DNA of 64,000 nucleotides from an uncultured Candidatus Binatia bacterium (GTDB lineage Bacteria; Desulfobacterota; Binatia; HRBIN30; CADEER01): NCBI GenBank assembly GCA_964475125.1, contig CAYYWP010000002.1, positions 2,036 to 66,035 of the forward strand, read 5' to 3'. Shown piece by piece: positions 57,637 to 64,000 of this stretch (position 1 is its first letter; each line of letters starts with the position of its first letter). The notes under the pieces were generated by a model. It saw only the letters and a program-made list of their open reading frames with translations, ran no database searches and was not told where the DNA came from. The position numbers and the translations under genes were made by a program.

Positions 57637-58881
57637 ATGCCGACTCGAGGCCCCCGGCCGTTGGACGGCATCAGAGTCCTGGACCTGACCGTCGCGCTGG
57701 CGGGGCCCTACGGATCGATGCTGCTCGGTGGCATGGGGGCGGAGGTCATCCGCATCGAAGCGCCCGGCGGCGGCGACATCGCGCGCACCAATCCGCCGTT
57801 CGTCGGCCGTCGCGGGGTGAACTTCGGCGCCAAGGCCGAGGATGAGGTATCGCTGTCGATCCTCAACCGGACGCGCAACAAGCAGAGCATCACCCTCGAC
57901 CTCAAATCCGAGCCCGGCCGCGAGATCTTCCTGCGCCTGGCCAAACGAGCCGACGTGGTGTTCGAGAACATGAGCGAGGGGACGGTCACCAGGCTGGGCG
58001 TGGACTACGAAAGCGTCCGCCGCGCCAACCCGGCGATCATCTACGCCTCGCTCAGCGCCTTTGGCGAACCGAGTACGTTCCCCGGGCTGAAGGGCATGGA
58101 CATCCTCGTGCAGGCCCTGAGCGGCCTGATGGAGGTGACCGGCTTTGCCGACGGCCCGCCGACGCGCTGCGGGATTCCCATCGCCGACCTGGTTGCGCCC
58201 CTGTACGCGGTCAACGGCATCTTGGCCGCGTTGCTCTATCGGGCCCGGACTGGCGAAGGGCAACACGTCAAGGTCTCCATGCTCGACTGCCTCGCCTCGC
58301 TGGTTGCCGAGGAGCACTTCGACGTCGCCGTCTCGGCCGGCCACGCGATGCGCTCGGGGAATTTCCACGATCGCCTCACGCCGTTCGGCATCTATCGGAC
58401 ACGGGATGGATACGTGGCCATCGCGGCGCTGCGGCCGGACTGGATGCAGGCCCTGCTCGACGCCATTGGGCAGCCCGAGCTGATGAACGATCCGCGCTTC
58501 AGCAGCCGCGGACCGCGCATGCGCCACGCCGCGGCGCTGAACGCGATCATCGAGGAGTGGACGAGCCACCTGAGCTCGGAGGAGGTGCTGCGGGAGCTGT
58601 TCGAGAAACGCGGAGTGCCTTCGGCGCGCGTCCGCAACCCGCTCGAGATGCTGCGGGATCAGCGCCTGCACGAGCGCGGCGCGATCATGCGCTTGCAGGC
58701 GCCGCAGCTCGGGGCGATCGACGCGGTCGGGATGGGGTTGCCGATTCAATTCTCGAAGACCATGGCGCAATTCGACCAACCGGCCACCGAGCTCGGCGCG
58801 GCCAACGAGCAGGTGTATGGCGAGCTGCTGAACCTGTCCAAGGACGAGATCGCGCAGCTGCGCGCCGCCGGCATCATCTAG
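57637..58881 (+). CDS. CaiB/BaiF family (class III) CoA-transferase
   Basis: MPTRGPRPLDGIRVLDLTVALAGPYGSMLLGGMGAEVIRIE...DVVFENMSEGTVTRLGVDYESVRRANPAIIYASLSAFG. Start set at the ATG that follows an AGAGGAG RBS; an alternative ATG lies at 57613. Confidence 0.85.
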   Translation: MPTRGPRPLDGIRVLDLTVALAGPYGSMLLGGMGAEVIRIEAPGGGDIARTNPPFVGRRGVNFGAKAEDEVSLSILNRTRNKQSITLDLKSEPGREIFLRLAKRADVVFENMSEGTVTRLGVDYESVRRANPAIIYASLSAFGEPSTFPGLKGMDILVQALSGLMEVTGFADGPPTRCGIPIADLVAPLYAVNGILAALLYRARTGEGQHVKVSMLDCLASLVAEEHFDVAVSAGHAMRSGNFHDRLTPFGIYRTRDGYVAIAALRPDWMQALLDAIGQPELMNDPRFSSRGPRMRHAAALNAIIEEWTSHLSSEEVLRELFEKRGVPSARVRNPLEMLRDQRLHERGAIMRLQAPQLGAIDAVGMGLPIQFSKTMAQFDQPATELGAANEQVYGELLNLSKDEIAQLRAAGII

Positions 58882-58904
58882 CAGGATGCTGAAAAGCCCC
58901 TCCC

Positions 58905-58993
58905 CATGCTTCGACGGGCTCAGCATGAGCGGAACCCCGCCCCGATCTCATTGCACTTCTCCGCTCACCCTGAGCTCGTCGAAGGGTGAGCGG
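58905..58993. repeat. pair of opposed hairpins sharing a conserved 13-nt loop (ttcgacgggctca and its complement) with different stems
   Basis: 58905-58927 is catgc-ttcgacgggctca-gcatg. 58961-58993 is ccgctcaccc-tgagctcgtcgaa-gggtgagcgg, whose loop is the reverse complement (12/13). The same loop recurs in a 22-bp-stem hairpin at 60301-60357. Confidence 0.7.
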
Positions 58994-59037
58994 CGGGGTT
59001 TTCGGCAGCCTGCGAGATCTCGGGTTCGTCGGCGGCG

Positions 59038-60228
59038 ATGTCGATGCGCGGCGCGAACACCGTGCAGGGACTAGAGGAGCGGCCAGTGGGACCATTAGCG
59101 GGTGTGCGCATCGTGGAGCTTGCCGGCATCGGGCCGGGGCCGCTGTGCGCCATGTTGCTCGCCGACCTGGGTGCGACCGTGATCCGGGTCGATCGGCAGG
59201 CGCCCTCGGGCCTCGGCATACCGCGGCCGCTGCGGTTCGATCTGGTGCTGCGGAATCGGAAGTCGATCCGGGTCGACCTGAAAGACCCGGCTGGCGTCGC
59301 CCTCGTGCTCGACCTCGCCGCGAGGGCGGATGCGTTGATTGAGGGCTTTCGCCCCGGGGTGGCGGAGCGGCTTGGACTCGGTCCGGACGAATGCCTGCGC
59401 CGGAATCCGAAGCTGATCTACGGGCGCGTCACCGGCTGGGGGCAGGAGGGGCCACTCGCTCAGTCGGCAGCGCACGACATCAACTATATCGCCATCACGG
59501 GCCTGCTGAGCGCCATCGGACGCCACGGGCAGCCGCCGTCGATCCCGCTGAACCTCATCGGCGACTATGCGGGCGGATCGCTCTACCTCGCGCTCGGCAT
59601 CCTCGCCGGCATCATCGAGGCACGCATCTCCGGCAAAGGCCAAGTCGTCGACGCCGCGATAGTCGACGGGGTGGCGTCGATGCTGACCGTCCTGGTCGGC
59701 ATGCGCGCGGCCGGCATGGTCACCGGCGAGCGCGGCGCAAATCTCCTCGACTCGGGCGCGCCGTTTTACGAGGTCTACGAGTGCGCCGACGGCAAGCATG
59801 TCTCGGTCGGCCCGGTCGAGCACAAGTTCTATCTCCAGCTGCTGCAGCGTCTTGGGCTGGACGAGTCCGCACTGGGCGATCAGATGGATACACGCAATTG
59901 GCCGCAGGCCAAGCGCGTGCTCGCGGCCAAGTTCAAGACGAAGACGAGGGCGGAGTGGACGGCACTGCTCGAGGGGACGGACGTGTGTTTCGCCCCTGTC
60001 CTGGATCTCCAGGAGGCGTACGAGCACCCGCACCTCAAGGCGAGGAAGACGTTCATCGACATCGCCGGCGTGACACAGCCCGCGCCCGCGCCTCGTTTTT
60101 CGAGGACCGCGCTCGCCACTCCGGAGCCGCCGGCGGAATTGAGCGGCGCGAATGCGGCAGCCGCGCTGCGCGATTGGCTTTCGGAACCTGAGATTGCGGC
60201 GCTCGCCGCTGCTGGAACCTTCAGTTAG
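59038..60228 (+). CDS. CaiB/BaiF family CoA-transferase / alpha-methylacyl-CoA racemase-like
   Basis: GPLAGVRIVELAGIGPGPLCAMLLADLGATVIRVDR...LIEGFRPGVAERLGLGPDECLRRNPKLIYGRVTGWG. Confidence 0.85.
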   Translation: MSMRGANTVQGLEERPVGPLAGVRIVELAGIGPGPLCAMLLADLGATVIRVDRQAPSGLGIPRPLRFDLVLRNRKSIRVDLKDPAGVALVLDLAARADALIEGFRPGVAERLGLGPDECLRRNPKLIYGRVTGWGQEGPLAQSAAHDINYIAITGLLSAIGRHGQPPSIPLNLIGDYAGGSLYLALGILAGIIEARISGKGQVVDAAIVDGVASMLTVLVGMRAAGMVTGERGANLLDSGAPFYEVYECADGKHVSVGPVEHKFYLQLLQRLGLDESALGDQMDTRNWPQAKRVLAAKFKTKTRAEWTALLEGTDVCFAPVLDLQEAYEHPHLKARKTFIDIAGVTQPAPAPRFSRTALATPEPPAELSGANAAAALRDWLSEPEIAALAAAGTFS

Positions 60229-60300
60229 CGTTGATCGGACAAGAGGAATTCAACGCGTAGTCGCGGAGGCCGCAGAGAACGCGGAGGGGCTGGCATGATG

Positions 60301-60357
60301 CTGAACAACCCGCCGCTCACCCTTCGACGGGCTCAGGGTGAGCGGCGGGTTGTTCAG
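60301..60357. repeat. 57-nt perfect hairpin (22-bp stem, 13-nt loop ttcgacgggctca), REP-like element or terminator
   Basis: ctgaacaacccgccgctcaccc-ttcgacgggctca-gggtgagcggcgggttgttcag. Both arms are exact reverse complements. It shares the loop and part of the stem with the 58961-58993 hairpin. It lies 73 nt after the caiB-like stop. Confidence 0.75.
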
Positions 60358-60456
60358 CAAGAGAGTGAACCCCGAACCCAATTGACGATGACGATGGGTC
60401 AGCGCTCCAACTCATGCACGCTGCCTCTGCGTCTCTGTGTTGAGGTGTGACGACTC

Positions 60457-62397
60457 ATGTCCGAGCTCAATGACGACGCCTGGTATCCCGAGCCGCGCCA
60501 CATCCAGAATGCGCATGTCTCGGCATTGGGGCAGGCACTGAACGTAGCCGACTTCGACAGCCTGCGCGCCTTTTCGCTTCGGCATCCGGCCGAGTATTGG
60601 AAGACCGCGATCGATTTCTTGGGCATCGCCTGGTCCATCCAGCCGAGCGCGTACGTCGACCTCAGCCGCGGGATGGAATTCCCGGACTGGTTCCCGGGCG
60701 GGGAGCTGAACTGGGTCGACACGGTGCTGGCGTGGGGCGACCGTTCCGAGACGGCGAGTCGCCGGGCGGTGATCGCGGAGCGGGAGGACGGCAGTTGCCG
60801 GGCCATCAGTTTCGGCGAACTGGCGGCGGCGGTTCGCTGCGCTGCGGCTGGCCTGCGGCGACACGGTGTGCGCCGCGGCGATCGCATCGGCTTGCTGTGC
60901 GAGAACGGAATCGAGGCGACGGTGGCGCTGCTGGCGCTGTCGTACCTCGGGGCGATCGTCGCGCCGCTGTTCAGCGGCTTCGGCGTCGACGCCATCATCT
61001 CTCGTCTGGAGCCCAGCGGCGCGCGCGGGCTGATCGCGACGACCGGGTTTCAGCGCCGCGGTCGGTCTATCGACATGGTGCCGACCATCGCCGAAGCACT
61101 GCAACGCCTGCCCGACGTCGATCTGGTCCTCTGGAAGCCAAGCGGTGACGCCGCGGTTCCGGCGGGCGGCGTTGCGTGGCAGGAGATCGCAGACACGCCT
61201 CAGGATGGCGGTCGTGCCGCCAGGATGTCGCCCGACGATCCCTTCATGGTGATCTACACCTCGGGCACCACCGGCAAGCCCAAGGGCGCCGTGCACACCC
61301 ACGGCGGCTTCCCGCTCAAGATCGCGCACGACTCGGCCGTGCACTTCGACGTCGGACGCGGGGATGTGTTCTGCTGGCCGGCGGACATGGGGTGGGTGGC
61401 CGGTCCGCTCGTCCTGGCGGCGGCGCTGCTGCGCGGTGCGACGCTGGTGTTGTACGACGGCGCGCCCGATTTCCCGGACTGGTCGCGCATGTCGCGGCTG
61501 ATCGAACGCCATCGCGTGACGCATTACGGATCGTCTCCCACGCTGATTCGCGGTCTGGCCGCGAACGCGTCCGTCTCGTTGGCAGGCGACAGGTCAAGCG
61601 TGGAATTGCTCATCACGGCGGGTGAGGTCATCGATCCCGAGCACTTCACCTGGTTCCGGCAGCACTTCGCCCAGGCCGGCAGCCCCGTGATCAACTACAC
61701 CGGCGGGACGGAGGCCTCCGGGGGGTTGCTGTCCAGCGTCGTGGTGAAGCCGATCAGGCCCGGCGGTTTCAACACGGGGTCTCCCGCGGTCGACGTGGCC
61801 GTGGTCGACTCGGCCGGCCAGCCGCTGATCGGTACGGTTGGCGAGCTGGCCATCCGCGCCCCGTTCGTCGGCATGACGCGTTCCTTCTGGCAGGATGACC
61901 AGCGCTACCTCGAAAGCTACTGGCGAACCGTCCCGGGCATGTGGATTCATGGCGATCTGGCGCTGCAGACGGACAACGGCTTCGTCCTGCTTGGTCGTTC
62001 CGACGACACGATCAAGGTTGCCGGCAAGCGCTTGGGGCCAGCGGAGGTGGAGGAAATCCTGTTGGAACTCGCCGAGGTTCACGAAGCCGCCGCGGTCGGC
62101 ATCGGGGACGCAAGCAAGGGCGAGCGGCTGGTCGTATTTATCGTCCCGGTCCCCGCCTGGGCGGGTAATCGTCAGGGCCTCGCGGCGACGGTCACCGGCC
62201 ATGTCGAACGGCGCTTGGGCAAGCCGTTCAAGCCGAGCACGGTGCATTTCGTCACCCAGCTCCCCAAGACGCGCAGCGCCAAGGTCATGCGGCGTCTGAT
62301 CCGTCGCCTATACAGCCATCAGCCGCTCGGGGACCTGTCGGCGCTGGACAATCCGGCCTCACTCGAGGAGATACGCTCGCTGGTCGGCAAGGCATAG
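60457..62397 (+). CDS. AMP-forming acyl-CoA synthetase (acetyl-/acetoacetyl-CoA synthetase-like, long form)
   Basis: WYPEPRHIQNAHVSAL..., YTSGTTGKPKGAVHTHGG, DMGWVAGPL, TGGTEASGG, KVAGKRLGPAEVE, TRSAKVMRRLIR. 646 aa. Confidence 0.85.
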   Translation: MSELNDDAWYPEPRHIQNAHVSALGQALNVADFDSLRAFSLRHPAEYWKTAIDFLGIAWSIQPSAYVDLSRGMEFPDWFPGGELNWVDTVLAWGDRSETASRRAVIAEREDGSCRAISFGELAAAVRCAAAGLRRHGVRRGDRIGLLCENGIEATVALLALSYLGAIVAPLFSGFGVDAIISRLEPSGARGLIATTGFQRRGRSIDMVPTIAEALQRLPDVDLVLWKPSGDAAVPAGGVAWQEIADTPQDGGRAARMSPDDPFMVIYTSGTTGKPKGAVHTHGGFPLKIAHDSAVHFDVGRGDVFCWPADMGWVAGPLVLAAALLRGATLVLYDGAPDFPDWSRMSRLIERHRVTHYGSSPTLIRGLAANASVSLAGDRSSVELLITAGEVIDPEHFTWFRQHFAQAGSPVINYTGGTEASGGLLSSVVVKPIRPGGFNTGSPAVDVAVVDSAGQPLIGTVGELAIRAPFVGMTRSFWQDDQRYLESYWRTVPGMWIHGDLALQTDNGFVLLGRSDDTIKVAGKRLGPAEVEEILLELAEVHEAAAVGIGDASKGERLVVFIVPVPAWAGNRQGLAATVTGHVERRLGKPFKPSTVHFVTQLPKTRSAKVMRRLIRRLYSHQPLGDLSALDNPASLEEIRSLVGKA

Positions 62398-62454
62398 TGT
62401 GTCCGGTCTCCTGACCGAGGGCAGACGCTGCGCGCGCGCTACCAGAGGATTCCC

Positions 62455-63261
62455 ATGACCGATCGCTATTCGCGTTACACGTCGCTGGCTATCGACCGGC
62501 CCGCCGACGGGGTGCTGCGCCTCACGCTCAATCGTCCCGAGCGGCTCAACGCGCTCGATCGCGACGGGCATCGCGAGTTGACGGAGATCTGGCGCGATGT
62601 GCATCAGGACCCCGAGGTGCGGGCCGTGCTCCTGTGCGGCGCGGGCAAGGCCTTTTCCGCCGGCGGGGATTTCGAGCTGGTCGGCGAGTTGATCGCCGAT
62701 TTCGATGCCCGCGTGCGGCTGTGGCACGAAGCCCGCGACCTGGTCCACAACATTCTCGATTGTTCCAAGCCCATCGTCTCGGCGATCCACGGCCCGGCCG
62801 TCGGCGCCGGACTGGTGGCGGCATTGCTGGCGGACATTTCGGTGGCGGCGAAGACCGCGCGCATCGTCGACGGGCACACCCGGTTGGGGGTGACCGCCGG
62901 CGATCATGCCGTGATCCTCTGGCCGCTCTTGTGCGGCATGGCCAAGGCAAAGTACCACCTGCTGCTGTGCGAACCGGTGAACGGCGAAGAGGCCGAGAAG
63001 ATGGGACTCGTCTCCTTGGCGGTCGATGAGCACGAGCTGCAGCAGAGGAGTCTGGATATTGCGACGCGCCTGGCCAACGGGGCGCCAACCGCGATCCGCT
63101 GGACCAAACACGCGCTCAACAACTGGATGCGCTCGGCCGGCCCTTCGTTCGACGCCTCGCTCGCACTGGAGCTGCTGGGCTTCAGCGGTCCCGAGGCCAA
63201 GGAGGGCCTGGCGTCCTTCCGGGAAAAACGACCGCCGGCCTTTTCGCCCAAGCGACGCTGA
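62455..63261 (+). CDS. enoyl-CoA hydratase/isomerase (crotonase) family
   Basis: [64 protein letters not shown]. Confidence 0.85.
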   Translation: MTDRYSRYTSLAIDRPADGVLRLTLNRPERLNALDRDGHRELTEIWRDVHQDPEVRAVLLCGAGKAFSAGGDFELVGELIADFDARVRLWHEARDLVHNILDCSKPIVSAIHGPAVGAGLVAALLADISVAAKTARIVDGHTRLGVTAGDHAVILWPLLCGMAKAKYHLLLCEPVNGEEAEKMGLVSLAVDEHELQQRSLDIATRLANGAPTAIRWTKHALNNWMRSAGPSFDASLALELLGFSGPEAKEGLASFREKRPPAFSPKRR

Positions 63262-63391
63262 GGCCCTCCGCATATCTTTCCTCGCGGTGCCTGTGCGCGC
63301 CGTCTGCTTCGCAACTACACGCCCAACGGCGTCGTGTTGGGGTTGCCGTTTCGACGTCGTTGCGCCAAGTTTGTCTTGACAGGGGTCCGGT

Positions 63392-64000
63392 GTGGCCGGT
63401 CAGAGCCAGGTGGTTCCTCCCGATGAGGTCGCGGCGACGATCGCGGTGTCGTCGTTCGAAAACCCGTCGGGCGATCCGGAGCAGGACTACTTCGCGCGAG
63501 GATTCGTCGAGGACGTCGTCACCGAACTGTCGCGGTTCCCGACGCTCGAGGTGATTCACCCGCACACCTCGTTTGCCGTCGCCGGCAGCCGCCTGCCCGA
63601 GGCCTTGCGCGCCGACTACCTCCTCCAGGGCAGCGTTCGGCGGCTCGGGGAGACCGTCCGCGTCGCGGCACAGCTGGTCGAGGCCACGTCCGGGCGCCAG
63701 ATCTGGGCGGATCGATTCGACGCTCCCGCCGAACGCCTGTTCGCGGTTCAAGACCAGATCGTCGCTCGCGTCGCCAGCACCCTGGCGATTCAGGTCGACG
63801 GCGCCCGTCTGCACCGGGCGCGGCGGAAGCCGCTGGCCAGCCTCGAGGTCTACGACTGTTGGCTGCGCGGCCTCGACTGTCTGCGACGCGGGACCGTGGA
63901 GGACGACGAGCGCGCCAGACAGTTTTTTGAACGCGCGCTGATGCTCGACCCTCACTGGGCGCGCGGTCACGCGGGAATCTCCCTTTCGCACTTCAATGAG
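63392..64000 (+). CDS. TolB-N-like / TPR-repeat regulatory protein (partial; the 3' end lies beyond the window). Absent from the ORF track.
   Basis: GTG-initiated open frame (frame 2) with no stop before the window end: VAGQSQVVPPDEVAATIAVSSFENPSGDPEQDYFARGFVEDVVTELSRFPTLEVIHPHTSFAVAG..DYLLQGSVRRLGETVRVAAQLVEATSGRQIWADRFDA...FERALMLDPHWARG. The IAVLPFEN-SGDPEQ-YFADG...LEGSVRR-G-RVR..AQL.DA..G..LWA.R.D motif is diagnostic of the TolB-N-like domain that precedes TPR repeats in adenylate-cyclase/transcription-activator proteins. Confidence 0.55.
   Translation, partial: MAGQSQVVPPDEVAATIAVSSFENPSGDPEQDYFARGFVEDVVTELSRFPTLEVIHPHTSFAVAGSRLPEALRADYLLQGSVRRLGETVRVAAQLVEATSGRQIWADRFDAPAERLFAVQDQIVARVASTLAIQVDGARLHRARRKPLASLEVYDCWLRGLDCLRRGTVEDDERARQFFERALMLDPHWARGHAGISLSHFNE

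Noticed and set aside
1-64000. CRISPR arrays, integrase/transposase genes, rRNA, tRNA
   Set aside because: No regularly spaced direct repeats, no DDE/tyrosine recombinase signatures, and no rRNA- or tRNA-like sequences were seen in any intergenic region.

Overview
This 64 kb window is high-GC (about 70%) bacterial DNA. It is probably from a Myxococcota-type genome, judging from a MYXO-CTERM-like sorting tail, the lipoprotein signals and the metabolic gene content. No rRNA, tRNA, CRISPR array, integrase or transposase was found.

Main blocks, in order:
1. A partial glycosyltransferase with an in-frame TGA, followed by a luciferase-like monooxygenase (LLM) family oxidoreductase.
2. A roughly 14.5 kb accessory island (2708-16767). 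It is bracketed by two direct copies of a 252-bp repeat. It encodes two paralogous short secreted RHS-core proteins with divergent C-terminal domains, a 1577-aa SpvB/YD-repeat shell protein that lacks an RHS core and ends in a MYXO-CTERM-like tail, a 1548-aa lipoprotein with Cys-rich repeats, a TPT linker and glycine-rich repeats, and a convergent lipoprotein.
3. A 14 kb plus-strand operon: hydantoinase A/B, a split B12-dependent acyl-CoA mutase, two acyl-CoA ligases, an acyl-CoA dehydrogenase, a thiolase and a fused 3-hydroxyacyl-CoA dehydrogenase/enoyl-CoA hydratase.
4. A predicted selenoprotein: a membrane-anchored peroxiredoxin-like protein with a UxxC motif at an in-frame TGA and a SECIS-like hairpin just downstream.
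5. A MITE-like element with 31-bp terminal inverted repeats in two copies, and a VapBC toxin-antitoxin pair.
6. A methylamine dehydrogenase cluster (mauB-E-D-A plus a cytochrome c) with no mauG, mauC or mauF.
7. A second catabolic cluster: LLM oxidoreductase, a second hydantoinase A/B pair, two tandem orphan CoxL-type molybdopterin subunits, an MmgE/PrpD protein, a CitE-like lyase, two CaiB-family CoA-transferases, an acyl-CoA dehydrogenase, an acyl-CoA synthetase and a crotonase.

Many long ORFs in the six-frame track are antisense or out-of-frame artefacts of the high GC content and were discarded.
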